Below are positions 1 through 13,352 of a stretch of 64,000 bases of DNA, piece by piece. The stretch lies in the NCBI GenBank assembly GCA_964016885.1, contig OZ024750.1:7626001-7690000 (forward strand), given 5' to 3'. This DNA comes from Eledone cirrhosa (lineage: Eukaryota). Every line of letters begins with the position of its first letter. Position 1 is the first letter of the stretch. The notes under the pieces were generated by a model that had not been told where the DNA came from, searched no databases, and worked only from the letters and a program-made list of their open reading frames with translations. The position numbers and the translations under genes are program-made.

Positions 1-422
1 CTCACACATACACTGACCTGACACACTGGTACTCACTCACTCACACATACATATGCACTCACTCACACTTACTCACACATATGCACTCTCTCACACATAC
101 ATGCACAGCCATATACACCAACATGTACACGGTTTCTTAAGACAAGGAACAGTTGCATCACCCCCTCATCAGCTATCTTACTGCAAGTGCAGTTTCGCGC
201 ATTATGGTAGTGTACTTTAGTTTCACTGCCTTTTTGTGCAACAGATCGACTGAGTGGTCTGTTGGTGAGATACATGTGATACATTAACAAAGTAAAGTAA
301 TGAGGGGTTTACTTGCAGTTGTCTTTCAACAAAACGAGAGATAAATACATAAACAATTATGACTAGAAATAAATGGATAACAAACTTGATATACATATAT
401 ATATAATAATTTATACACACAC

Positions 423-455
<33 letters not shown>

Positions 456-567
456 ATTTATACATACACGCATACACATACATATATATATATATTTGTA
501 ACAATAATGCAGTAAAATAACCAAATTCCGGAGAGGACTCGATAAATGTTGTATACAAGCTGTAGAG

Positions 568-619
<52 letters not shown>

Positions 620-919
620 CCAACGTTTGTGTGTGTTCCATCTTCCCAATTATGAAGGAGATGAGAATATCACGATTTATTTCCTCGCATCACACTTGGA
701 AACAAAAGTGATTTCATAAGAAAAAATCAGAATGCTGCAATGCATTACTACTACTACTACTACTACTACCGCTACCACTACTACTGCTACTACTAGTTTA
801 TATTTAATTTCATTTCGTGCGTGTGTATCTTAGTCAATTATTGGTATCGATTATAATCTCCAAGAATATAAGAAAAATAAGAACAAATATTTTATAATAA
901 TAATACTACTCCTAATAAT

Positions 920-1830
920 AATTGAATGACAGTTTCGTTTCTGTGAACGCATCTGGGACAGGCCCGGCTGACAACAGTTACACGCCTGTAGAGTTCATCT
1001 TGAATTGGTAATTCTCACCGGGAGTATTGTCAGACCAAGGATCTCTGGAAGTAATCCATGACCCTTGAACCGAACGTCCCCCGGAAAAACAGTGGCTAGT
1101 TGATTTTTGTCGGCATCTAAATTTTCTCTAAGAACGTCGTCTCGTTTGCCCTCTTCTAACCTTCAATAGAACTTTAAAGTGGAGAAAAGAACTGTTTTAT
1201 ATGTCTCTGGCTTCACGTCTTTTGTAGGTAGTTGTTGTTTTCGTCTTCTGCAGTGGTTGAATGTTAAACAGAACTTTTTATTGAAACTTGGCTTTATCAC
1301 TTAGTGGACACAACGCTATTCTTCTCCTCGGAAACAACTTTGTTTTTCCGCCTGGTTTTTTAAAAACAAAATCTGGAGGATGTATTATTAAATTCCAAGT
1401 AACATTAGTCCTTTGCGAAGGAAAATATCAGTTCGGGGCCGCCAATTATAAATCAGATTATGATGCATATAAAAATTCATAGTTTGATTCTTTGTTGAAC
1501 CTGACTGTATTTGCCTACTAATTCCTGGATTTTATACATAGTTTGCGAAGGCGTTACTTTTGTTTTATGCTGATTGCTTTTGCTGTGGTCAATTCCTTTG
1601 CAATTATCAGCATTGTTTCTGTCAGTCTTCCTTTGTGATTGTCTGCGATTATTCCGTTGTTCATTTTTTCTCTCGAATTGTTATTTCTGTAGCCGTTGTG
1701 TTTTTATTCTGGTTTTCTGTTCGGCTGGTTGATTATTATAGGATTCTTCATGTTCATTATATTTTCCCTGCTCTTTTGTTGTTTTAATACTGCGTCTGAT
1801 TTTGCTTGCTCGATCGTGATGTTTGGCTCT
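920..1830 (-). mobile_element. Possible decayed retroelement ORF (Penelope-like N-terminal region?)
   Basis: A-rich coding-like minus strand with a long basic, hydrophilic frame broken by stops, and a NL..FLRKGLM segment reminiscent of the PLE L.KGL.F motif; lies downstream of a hammerhead-like motif on the same strand. Confidence 0.3.
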
Positions 1831-1844
1831 CTCTCTCTCTACAC

Positions 1845-1877
<33 letters not shown>

Positions 1878-2037
1878 CCATAAAGAGAAATAGTCATATA
1901 CATACACACACACACATATATATATATATAGCTATTTCCCCTTTCTCTCTCTATACATCTCTCTCTCGCTCTCTCTCTCTATATATATAGTAAAATAAAA
2001 CAGAGGACGCGTGGTTACTCCCTCATTACATTTATTG

Positions 2038-2127
2038 GTTGGTGACGCGCGTTTCGCCACTGATCAGCTCAAACTTCGATCTGTATCGATTCAGCCCGAC
2101 TCTGTAATCCACGGCTCATCAAACTCC
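2038..2127 (-). ncRNA. Degenerate type I hammerhead ribozyme-like motif (Penelope-type)
   Basis: Minus strand reads TTGATGA-GCC...GGC-GAAAC-GCGC-GTC; it has a C3->T change in the core and a weak stem I. Confidence 0.45.
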
Positions 2128-2853
2128 GTATAATGGTAATGAAAATAAAATCTGAATAAAATTCGAAGAGGGCTCGAAAAGGATAATATATATATAAAAT
2201 ATATTATGAGTTTCAGAAGATCCCGTTAAGGGCGAAAGCAGAGATTCTTTGCTTAAACTTTAATCTGTTATTATAATATATATATATAAATATATATATA
2301 TATACATAGAGTGTGGATGTGTTGACGTCGTATTATGTGGTGATGTTTTGTTACAATATCTTTCTAATATTGTGAATATGGTTCGGGTAAAGGACCCTAA
2401 TTTCAGTATATCTCTGAAGGCTACAAAAAACAACTGGGAAAAGCACTTAGGTTACAAAGGATCCAGGAGATTTTCTGCTTGATCCTCAGACGGCTCTCTC
2501 CATATTGGCATGCATATTTTTATTTCCTTTTCTTTTATACTATTTTGTTACAGGCCTGCTTTTATATATTCGTCTTCACAGTTTATGTGGAAAATTTTCT
2601 TTTTGGTTTTGTATTTTTTTAATTACAACTCAACTTCCTTCAACATGTCCCAGAGGGTCTGAAAATGTGTTGCCTTTTCTGCTTTGACTAAAGCCCGTTA
2701 AATATTCAAACATAATTTCTTAATTTCAGTTCTACATTCTGGTAATATATAGAACGATAAAGACATGAACCAAGTGTATAGAAAATTAGGTATTATTTGT
2801 GAATGGCCGATTGGTTCGAACTCGTAATACGTTTCTTCATTATTCTTTGTTTT

Positions 2854-3059
2854 GCGGTTTGGAAGTATCGGTAGAGCGTCGGACAACATGCTTCGCGGCA
2901 TAGAGTTACGCACCTTTACGTTCTGTTCAAATCCCGCCGAGGTTAACTTTATTTTATCGATCCCGTAAGGATCAAAGGCAAAGTACCAGTAACGTACTGG
3001 TTCGATTTAATCGACTTTCCCCTTCCCCCAAATTACTGGCCTTGTGCCTATACTAGAAA
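2854..3059 (+). mobile_element. tRNA-derived SINE, family A (long-tail variant), with 17-bp TSD
   Basis: A-box-like GGAAGTATCGGTAGAG, B-box GTTCAAATCCC, shared body; TSD TCATTATTCTTTGTTTT at 2837-2853 and 3060-3076. Confidence 0.88.
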
Positions 3060-3246
3060 TCATTATTCTTTGTTTTATTTTTCTACAGGAGGATCATATA
3101 ATGTTAAGGTTTCCAGCTGCTAGAATTTAACCCAAGAAAGCTACAAAGAAGAAGATTACGATTATTGTTATAAACGTTAAAAAATAATTTCACACAAGAT
3201 ATATGACTTATTCCTCTGGCTATTTCTTTGGAATAAAACCCCACAC

Positions 3247-3277
<31 letters not shown>

Positions 3278-3722
3278 AAGACAATTGAAGACAAAAATCG
3301 AATTAGTATCCTGTTGTGCATCTTTTCAGTAATGTTAGATGGTTCGTTACTTTGGAACACTTCACTGGTTAATTGAAGCACCAGGCAAAAGTAAACAATG
3401 ACAATTTATTGAATAGTGCTTAATTTATTCCCTAGCTGCTGCTGTAATATATAAAATATCTAACGATTAATTTTGCTGCGGAGAATCATTCATTAATGAC
3501 GTCATGTGTCTCACATCCGCCTGGAATGGGATACGAACAGGATTAGTATTTATCAATAAAGAGAATTTAATGAAAATAAGCTGAAGGATTTTCTATAATG
3601 TTTGTTGATTTCAACTGCATTCGTAGAGAAGACTTTTTTTTATTTACCCACATTATCTTACCAAGCCTGGAAATATTATCAGTGGTAAAAATCTCTCAAG
3701 GGAGCTAGAGAGCTGAAGGTCT

Positions 3723-3792
3723 TCAGAGAATTGAACTCACAACCTTTCGATTGCAAGCCTAATGCTCTAACCACTAAGCCATGCGCCTTCAC
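3723..3792 (-). mobile_element. SINE family B, tRNA-like head only
   Basis: Reverse complement GAAGGCGCATGGCTTAGTGGTTAGAGCA..TTGCAATCGAAAGGTTGTGAGTTCAATTCTC, matching the other family B copies. Confidence 0.75.
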
Positions 3793-4891
3793 TACAGAGT
3801 ATGACTAGTGGTTCATTAATTCCGAAGAGCAACCCCACCTCTCTCTCTCTCGTTACGCGTGATTACCTCACATTAGTCGTTAACAACCCTAATTGTGTCC
3901 ACTCAGTAGCTTGAGCGACATTAGAGTATAGGACCAAATGCTTTGTTAAAATTATTTATTTAAATTCAAATGCTGCTAAAATCAAGGCTGTATTTTAGCT
4001 TCTGATGTTTAAACGTATCAACAAATAAAGGCAATGGATTGACAGTTTTGTAGAATGGCAGTTTGATTATTTGGAAGGATAGAATGGCAAGCTAGAAGAG
4101 TATTGGATTATCACGTTGATTGATTGGAAGGATGGGACCTGTTGATATATTGACATATTGATAGATTGTCAAGGTTATACATTGGAAGAGTGGATGGGTG
4201 GCGGATTTATAGTTCGATCGATTGGCAGCGTGTTGTATCGGAAGATATAGATTGACAGCTTTATTGGTTGGCAAGACGATGGCGATTTATGGAGACTACT
4301 ATTAGAGAAGCAAGGCGATAAATTGGCAGAAACGAAAGGGTATTAGAGTTATTGATTTGAAATATTAAACTACGTTTCCTTATGCTTTAATTTCAAATCC
4401 TACCAAATACGGTTATATTATCGATTAAGGCATGAAACGTAGACATTTTAAGAAACGAAAACACTGGGGCCAATGGAAACAATATGAAATATCTTTAACC
4501 GGGAATCAAAACAATGCTCGCCGACAACTTAGTTAGTGCTCTTCAGTGCGAGAGCTGTTACATAACTGGGATTTCTAAAATAGGGAAAACACTATATTTT
4601 AGTGTTCTTGGATAGAGGAAAGGTAAGCCTGACCTTGGAGAGATTCGAAAGCAGAATGTAAAGTGTTGTAATTATATATATTCGTAAATACTGTTATTGC
4701 TCCAATCAGTCTACAATCATACAGCATCCCCACATATAATATAGTACATATAATATAATTGTTTCTACGTTAGGCACAAGGCCAGCAATTATCCAGTGCA
4801 TTACTGGTACTTTAATGCGATATGATATGATATATATACATATAGAGTTGCTGTATTTAAGTAATATATATAATATAATATAACAATATAA

Positions 4892-5072
4892 TTGTTTCTA
4901 CTATTGGCATAAGGCCACCAATTACCCAGTACATTACTGGTACTTTATTGTATCAACCCTGTAAGGATGAAAGGCAAAGTTAACCTTGCCTTTCATCCTT
5001 ACGGGGGTCGATAAAATAAAGTACCAGTAATGTACTGGGTAATTAGTGGCCTTGTGCCAATAGTAGAAACAA
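4892..5072. repeat. Fold-back palindrome made of two family A SINE 3' halves
   Basis: ~90-bp imperfect arms centred on GTTAAC (4979-4984). Confidence 0.9.
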
Positions 5073-6124
5073 ATATAGTTGCTATATTTAAGACTGTCGA
5101 GCTGGCAAAATTTTGATTTAAGCATTTCGTTTCAGCATTGTATGTTCCAAGATCAAATACAACCAGCTTAATTTGGAATCACTGAGGAATATATAATAAA
5201 AGCTTGTGTAGTATCTTGGAATCGAGAGAATGTGGTGTTTCTCTGAAATATAATCTGAACTTATGTCAAAGTAAGAAATACAATTTTATAGTACAACTGT
5301 CTCTTGTAAACGTCAGAAAACATCATTGAACCAATCTAATTCTATTGTTTTCTTCAGAAAGCTATTATTCCTCCGAGCTACATGACATCTCATTCTGTCT
5401 ACTGTAATCATAACTGAATTTTTACATGTAATTTACTAAATACAAAATTAATTTTAAGTGAAAATATCCAAGTAATACCAGCACTTGAGACATTTGAATG
5501 AATAAATTCAATAATATTTCTAAGAGATTCTATTTCGAAACTATCGACATTTAACGACTGAAGTATCCAACTGGGCAGGGACGAATGGAAGAAATTGTTT
5601 ATATTGAAAAACAATTCTCATGGGGGATAAAACATGGCGTATTATTACCATCCATATTACGAAGGATCAATATCCTGTATTCGTTCTATTACCATCCTTG
5701 TGTTTGTCAGACAGTGCACTAAAATTTCATTAATAAATAAAAAAAAACAACAAAAAACAACAAAACAATCTGCATAGATATATTTATAAACGTTCCTCAG
5801 TTATATTAGGCACAACTTCAAATACATTTTCAAAGTGAATCATTGAATTAATAATATAGATAATATAAAATTACGGTTTTGTATCAGATAAACTTACACT
5901 CAATATATTGCTTTGGTATTACTGCTCATCGTATCGAGAATATTACAATATTCGATATCACACTTTTGTATTCTATTCAATAAATCCATATTTAGATATG
6001 TTTCCGAAACATCCATATGTATTAAGAGAGAAAGGGTGAGTGACAGTGAAAGGGAGAAGACTCCGCACATACATTTAATGAGTTCAATAACTATGTAATA
6101 AGGTTAAAAAGCGCGGAAAAATAC

Positions 6125-6166
<42 letters not shown>

Positions 6167-6853
6167 TGTATTAAGTCAAACCAGTATTTAAGAGAAATAA
6201 TTATTTCCTTTATTCCGATTGGAAAGAAAATCTATAGTTATATATATAGTTCCATTACAAAAACATACAAAAAAAAACCAAAAAAAAAAACCAAAAAAAA
6301 AAACGAAAAAAAAAAAACAAAAAAAAAACGCAAACAATCAAACAAATATATAAGAGAAGTAGAAAAAAATGTAATAACCCAAACACTAACAATAATCGTT
6401 TTCAAACCACATGAAAAAGAAACATTCGATAATATGTAGACATTGTACAGCAAGGATGTGCTTCTGTGAATATAATGCATTTTAGTAGTTGTTAGATTTT
6501 AGGTGGTTTCAATGTAGTTAGAATATTAGAGAACTCATAAAAATCGTGATGTTTCAATATCGCTGTTAATTCAAAACAAGAGCAATATGCCTGAGGATAT
6601 CACGACTCCTAAATAAATTGTGACTAATATCGTGACCGGGATATGTATGTTATTTATACACACATATATACACACATACATACACGTTTGGGATCGTAAA
6701 CAATGGGTAAAAATACACGCTGCAGAGGCACAATATGGTGCTGTGCTGAAATTACTCCGATACTATTCAGATAACTCTCTCTCTATATATATATATAATA
6801 TATATATACACACACGCATATAAATACATTGTGTATATATATATACACACATA

Positions 6854-6892
<39 letters not shown>

Positions 6893-7376
6893 ATGTATTT
6901 ATATATACACAATGCACACACACACACACACACACACACTGCTATGTATATGTACATGTGCAAGCGTTGAATGACAATATGACTAATCATTATTCTATGA
7001 TATGGAATTAGAAATCATGCCTTGTGTCAAATAAGATTCAATAATAAAATCTATATTAAATATCGCGATGTAGAAACTCATTATTTCAATGGTACATATT
7101 ACTGTCTACTTTATCTACATAACATATATTATTAGGAATATATAGTAACTATAATGGTAGATTATTATGTCAGGAAAAATTGCTAGTTCTATTATAGGCC
7201 GCACTTTAAGTCATTTATTATTCTATCATTTGCTGCACCGGTCCTGCCGCACCACCACTTGTTTTCTAAGAATGTAATACGTTTCCTTTTATTAATTCAC
7301 TCCATGACGTTTCTGAAAGGCGTTACCTGATAGGCATCTAGTGTTTAGTTTGTAGATATCAAGCTATCTCACACTT

Positions 7377-7408
<32 letters not shown>

Positions 7409-8139
7409 GGGGGGGGGGGGGAGGTTAAAACAACACAACACAACACAAAAGAGTGAGTGAGTGTGCGCGCCTCGTCGGTTAAGTTAACATTTTTGAATTG
7501 TACTATCCGTATTTAATTGACTATGTGGTCTGCAGCTATTGAACGTTTTCTTTGAAACAAGTGTCTTGTAATGCATTTAAGTCGATTCGCTTGCAAATAA
7601 GGAACGTTAGGTTTTGTTGGTATATTTTTTCAAATCTGGATTCCCATCTTTCTCACAATTGTTTTGTTTAAACCCAAATTCCTATGAATATTCCTTGAAG
7701 TACAGTTTCCCGTTCTCCACCATATATTATTTTACTGGTTTCAGTGATAAAACTAGAGATATGCTTGGTCACCGTATTTTAACGAATTGTGATAAAAGGA
7801 GAAGATAAGTGAGTAAAAGAAAAATCAAGAAAATACCAAGAAATGAAGTAATAACAGATAAAAGAGAAAGAATTACAGACTGTTCATTCTTTTGTGAAAA
7901 CTTCCTTTGCTGCAGAACTTGAAAACGTTCGAGAATTTTTCTTCTACGTGAACATAATCCTACATACTTAAAACACATTTAACGGTTTGTAAAGTTTAGG
8001 GTTGAAATAATGAGATAAATTAAACGAGAGAAAGGGGGAAAAAACAAAACAAAAAAAAACAAAAACATTACAATAACCTAGAGTTTAAGATATATTATAG
8101 ACACTAATATATATTGCTGAAACATTTGAATTACACACG

Positions 8140-8515
8140 AGTTATAAAATTGTGGGAAGGTTTAGCGAAGAATAAGAACACGTCAGAGCTGTGAGAGGTC
8201 TTAAGAATTCAACAAACACAGAGTCTCGGAGCATGAGGACATTGAAATAACCTGGGATTCAAAAGTTCTCCCCTTTCTCCAATAAACTGCCAGACAACCT
8301 GAGAGATCTACATAGCCGGGGCATAGATGTCAAGAAACATCGTCATTCTGCTAACCGAGATCCCAGATGAACCCACAGCACTAGACGAAGACAAGAGCAT
8401 AACACTGGTAGGCTCCATCTTAAATCAATCGCCACCCAGGACTGGCTGGCTATAGAATGTATAGCGTTAATGACTGTGCTCCATGACCTCAGCCAGTCGA
8501 CTGGAACAGGTAAAA
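8140..8515 (+). mobile_element. CR1-clade LINE 3' fragment (decayed)
   Basis: Similar to the minus-strand fragment at 49075-49601 (AATAAACTGCCAGACAACCTGAGAGATCTACATAG..ATCCCAGATGAACCC; NKLP..LRDL..IPDEP). Confidence 0.6.
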
Positions 8516-10587
8516 TTCTTCACACATTTTCTAATTTACCTTTTGAATTTCCTAATTTAAAGCGTTTTCTCGTGTTCTTAAAGCATCCTTTTAATTACAA
8601 TCTAAAAGACAATGTCAGACAAGGCTATTGTAACTATCTGCAATCCAGATAAACCAGTGTTAACTATTGGGTCGTGAAGTATGAAATTTGTAAAAACAAA
8701 AAACAAATTTCTAATAATTTCACACTTGACCCAATATAAGCTCAGTGAACAGTATTTTCTGACGATTGTCTGTATTTCAGATCTTTTCTAATACTAATTT
8801 AGGCACAAAGTCAGCAAATTTGGGTTAAGCGCAAAGTTGATAGCTCCAGTACTTAATACTTTAATTTATCGACCTCGAAAGGCTGAAAGACAAAATTAAC
8901 ATCGGTGGGATTGGAACATAAAGAGCCAGAACAAATACAATGTGTTCTTTCTATCTGAAGGTTTACCAATTCGGCCAAATCCACCATCGTTTTTTTTTTT
9001 ATTTATTTATTTATTTTTTCTTTTTTTTTTAAAATGGACAAATATTTGATCAAAAGACGTACAAGTGGCGATCGTGCTGTCTTCCGTTAACATATACCCA
9101 ATACATTATATAACGTGTCATTAGAAGAATTTCAGGATATACGTTTCTTGGTATGGCTTGGCTGTTAATTACAGCAGATCGAGTGATCATGTAACTTCGA
9201 TGCTGTTTAGATTAGACGCTAAATAGTGTATTATTCTATATAGCCTAACCTTATTCAGATCATACTACTGTATATGCTGAAGTAATGCTAATGTCAGTTA
9301 AATGATTATTTACTGGTAATCATATTCTCACAGATTCTGGTCATACAGTCACTACCTATAACAGACATCTTGCTTTGAGCATTTCATTTGGAATAAACTG
9401 CTTCATTAGTTGACAATTCTGCGTGTATTACTACAGTAAAATTTAAAAAAAAAAGTGAAAATAGCTAATATTTCCTACAATGGGACAAATCTATGAAATA
9501 GTTGAAGAAATGCATTTGATACTTTACAGAGGTGGTGTGTTTTAGTTTGACTACAGTCACTAATGTTGTCCATAAAATAGACGAGTGGTTAACACGTTCA
9601 TTTTGTAATCGCGAGGTCCTTGGTTTGGTCCAACTGTTGGTCTTCGAGAGACAGTGTTTACCAGAGCGTCAGGTATATCTAAGCCTTGTGAAAAATTTGG
9701 CTTGATGGAAACTAGAAGTAGGTCGGATGAATTATCTTTGCATTTCAAAAGCTCCAGCCATGTTACAATGGTAACACTGGTACGCCCCGAGAATTACACC
9801 AAAGGTACACAAGCATGTGCGAAATACTCAACCACTTACACGGTAGTTTATTTGACAAGCATTCAGTTGATGAAACAACCGAATGTACATTGAAAATAAA
9901 TGATCCGTCGGTTTCGAAGATCAATAAATACTGATAAACGTCATTTGGTTATCTTTCTCCCTGATATGTGACAATCGAAGGTGTATATATATAGTAAGAA
10001 GGTGTGTATATATAATTCGTAAGAAAATGAAGTGTATACAGTCACGCATTTATTCAGTATAATTGAAATCTTGCAGATTGCTACATTGTTCAAATTGAGG
10101 AAGTCAGATGTCAGTTAACGGAAGTGGATCAATCCTGAACTTAGGTATCGGTAACTAAATGACCTTGCGCACTAGACTATTTCCCAAATGTCTTCCAGCT
10201 TCAAATCTCAACTTTTTACTACACTCTTTCCCTAGAGTGAGAGGGGTTTCCGAAAACTAACAATCTGTTGACCTTTGAAATGTACGTAATTATAGCGCTG
10301 TTAATTAAAAAGTTGCACTGCATGTTATGCTATATCTTACAGATTAAACCGCCACTAAAATCTATATGATTTTAGTAGAGGTTTACGCATATCCGTTATA
10401 AGTTTTCAACAGGTTTCGAAACCAAGAATTGTTTATAGATAGCGATTTCTTCACAACAGTCAGCAACTCTTATAAATATATATCTTTAAATATTCGCTCA
10501 AAATCGATTTATAAAAAATAAAGATGAGAAAAATGCAATGCTTATAAAGAAACTTTAATTCAAACATCTTCGTAACAAAATATCCAT

Positions 10588-10707
10588 CTAATGCTGGTGT
10601 AATGTACGTATACCAGGAGAAATTACAATGCACTCATCAGAATTTAGTTCAAAATCTTCAATTTCATAATTCCCAAATATATCCTCTTTCAATGTTGAAA
10701 ACTCCAG
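10588..10707 (-). CDS. Astacin gene exon 22 (MAM3 end, stop)
   Basis: LEFSTLKEDIFGNYEIEDFELNSDECIVISPGIRTLHQH*; strong polypyrimidine acceptor. An internal GTATAC donor leading to further exons cannot be excluded. Confidence 0.8.
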   Translation of the reverse strand: MEFSTLKEDIFGNYEIEDFELNSDECIVISPGIRTLHQH

Positions 10708-11256
10708 CTAAAGAAAAGAAAAAAAAAAATTGCGATAATATGTATGGATATAAAAAGCAAACAAAGGTTTGTATAATAGAAACTTAAAAATATCTTAAAG
10801 TCATTTTTCATTTATCCGAGAAAAAGCTTAGCGTATTAGACAAAATATAAAAAAAAAAATGTTGATTAATTTGTATTCGTAGATACAGCTACTATTTAAT
10901 ACGTGTAAATTTAGACATTTATCTAACTATATTTTGTCATGTATTAAATAAAACATTCTATATATTTGCAGCTTTTTATATTTTTAGAATTATGACGTTC
11001 GAAAGAAAGCAAACCTGAATTATATTGGAATTCTATTTCGATTAGCTCTCGGCTATCTTCCGACTATACCAGCTAGAATGAGTAAAGCCTCCCAGACATC
11101 TAATCACTAATTAGTGAGAATCTTTATACACTAGTAAATAGACTTATTTGAAGTTATTTTCTTTCACCTTGTAGTGATTTTTATAATAATTATACACAAA
11201 CACGATTAAAGTAACTTTGCTGGAGGAAGACAATTTTTAAATTTATTTATACTCAC

Positions 11257-11481
11257 ACTAAAAAATCCTTTCGATTCGATGTTAATCTGTACAAAAGGGT
11301 TCTCAAACTGTTGTTTAGAGTCAGATTTCCATAGAATATACCTATATCCATCATACGCATTGATTTTCGTTAATGTTATTCCTTTTTGAGGAAGCCCATG
11401 TGGATTATATTTGAATGACAAGCAGCCTTCTCCATTCAAGTACATTAAAGAACTACGTAGAGTCTGTTTATTTGATGGGCT
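11257..11481 (-). CDS. Astacin gene exon 21 (MAM3)
   Basis: SPSNKQTLRSS..EGCLSFKY..ILWKS..KGFFS; 225 nt, phase 0/0, GTGAGT donor. Confidence 0.88.
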
Positions 11482-11601
11482 CTGAAACAAAACCATAAAC
11501 AGTTAAATCAATTGCAATGAAATATGAATCGACATCTAAAGCTAGATTATTCTATTTTTCATTGATATCTAACGTTAAGAAATATAAAAATAAGAACACA
11601 C

Positions 11602-11747
11602 CATTAACCATCTTTGGTTTTCAAAATGATTTTTCTCCGAAATAGAAATCCTCTCATTTCCAAAAGTAACTCCTTGACTAGCATCTTGCCAAGTACCATT
11701 ATCAACAAAACGGAACATACATAACGAATTCTCGTAGTTACAGGTAC
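11602..11747 (-). CDS. Astacin gene exon 20 (MAM3 start)
   Basis: STCNYENSLCMFRFVDNGTW..; TCTCTTACAG acceptor, GTGTGT donor. Confidence 0.86.
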
Positions 11748-12295
11748 CTGTAAGAGAAATCGAGAAGTTTGAATATTACAAAATGTTTCGGATTACACAA
11801 ATTTGAACAGCATATGAAGAGAATCTAGATTTTGACTAAGTAGAAGATAGTGTTTGTTAGCATTTATTTTTCCTTTTTGCTAGAAACTCAACCACATTAA
11901 CTAACATGGAAAGGTTTTTAACGACGATAGGTTATAGCTGAAGTAAGGTTTAGCTTCTATTTATAGAAACATGAGCTACCACGTAGAAATCTCATTTGCT
12001 GGTAAATCATTAACTAAATTCGAAACGATTACGCGTTTAAAGACTATATCATATCTACTGGCAGTAGATCATTAAAATATAGCTTGCATCTATAATTATA
12101 TTGCTATCAGAGCCATTTTACGAAGAAAGGTCTATTCCTATATATATATTATACATACGCATATATATATATATATAATGTATATATCTTAATGTTTACC
12201 TTAATGTTTACCCGTTAAATTTCTTTGTATGAAAACAGGCTCATATATCAAAGATATTCAGTAAAAGAAAAAAAAAAGTTAAAAATGCTACTCAC

Positions 12296-12386
12296 TTAAC
12301 GATTCTTGACAGGGTTTCGAATCGAACCAGATATCAGACACAAATAATTCAGCTGAATTCCCTTGTGAAGTAACAGTTAATATGAA
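12296..12386 (-). CDS. Astacin gene exon 19 (MAM2 end)
   Basis: FILTVTSQGNSAELFVSDIWFDSKPCQESL; GTGAGT donor. Confidence 0.88.
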
Positions 12387-12691
12387 CTGAAATATAGTAT
12401 GATAGTGAAAGAAATATCCAGACAAACTGGAGTTTGCAAATCACAATTTGCAAGTAATAAGTTCTGATTTTCAGCTATATATTTGGCGTATTATTTCCAT
12501 CACATAACAAACAAACAAAAAAAAAAAAAAAAAAAAAATTGTTCTTTTGTTCATTAAGGAATTTGACTATAACGTAGCGATTTCCTGCTTTAGTGAACCT
12601 ACCACATACAACATACAACATTATGTAATTATTTTGGACTAGTAAGAAAATTATATAATTTATTACCTCAATATTAAATTACTTTACATAC

Positions 12692-12907
12692 CTGAATTAA
12701 AACGAAGTCCACGTTTATATCGTTTATAATCCAGGTAAAATTCAAGCTTTCTGTCGAGCCAGTAGAGCGCCACACATTAGCAGTTTTGTTTTTATTCGGA
12801 TCAAAAACATCTAGATTTATATCCAATTCCGCTGGTTCTTTTACTTTATATTTTATTGCAAGACAAGAATCTCCCTTGTATGCCTGCACTGGTGATCGAA
12901 CTTCACT
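12692..12907 (-). CDS. Astacin gene exon 18 (MAM2)
   Basis: SEVRSPVQAYKGDSCLAIKY..VWRSTG..TW..VLIQ; 216 nt, phase 0/0. Confidence 0.88.
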
Positions 12908-13215
12908 CTTTAAGTAAAGAAAATACATCAAAGTTCATTTAAATGGGTTTCTGTCGAAATATATTCACATCACGGTTACGTTACGTGAAAGCAGTTATAC
13001 TTCGAAATTCCCTTCCCTCCATCTCCCGGAAACAGCTATCTAAAACATTCAATTTGAAATACTACTAGATCTCTTCAGTTTAAGAGAATCCGAAACTTAA
13101 CTAGAATATTAATTAGTTTCACAAAATAGTGTTAAGAAGAACACGCGTACTTAAGTATGGATACTAGCTTGATTTTAGATTGGGTTAACCCACATATTTA
13201 AATCATCCGACATAC

Positions 13216-13352
13216 CGTTTTTAAAGGCGATACAACGAGGCAACCATCAGGACATCGTTCTGTGGATGATTTAGCAGTAAATACCGTTTCTTCGATGGGA
13301 TTCCATTCATAATTGCAAAAGTCGTTTTCAAACTTACACTTTATTCCAAGAC
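13216..13352 (-). CDS. Astacin gene exon 17 (MAM2 start)
   Basis: GLGIKCKFENDFCNYEW..; GTATGT donor, phase 1/0; an alternative internal donor is possible. Confidence 0.82.

Noticed and set aside
125-175. Minus-strand CTGATGAGGGGG...GAAACCGTGTA hammerhead-like motif
   Set aside because: The core words are present, but stems I and II do not pair convincingly; at most a highly decayed relic.
1-650. Short ORFs rich in YI/VC/HT, and similar ones at 6620-7011, 39207-40057, 53056-53385 and 62896-63206
   Set aside because: They are translations of (TA)n and (CA)n microsatellites.
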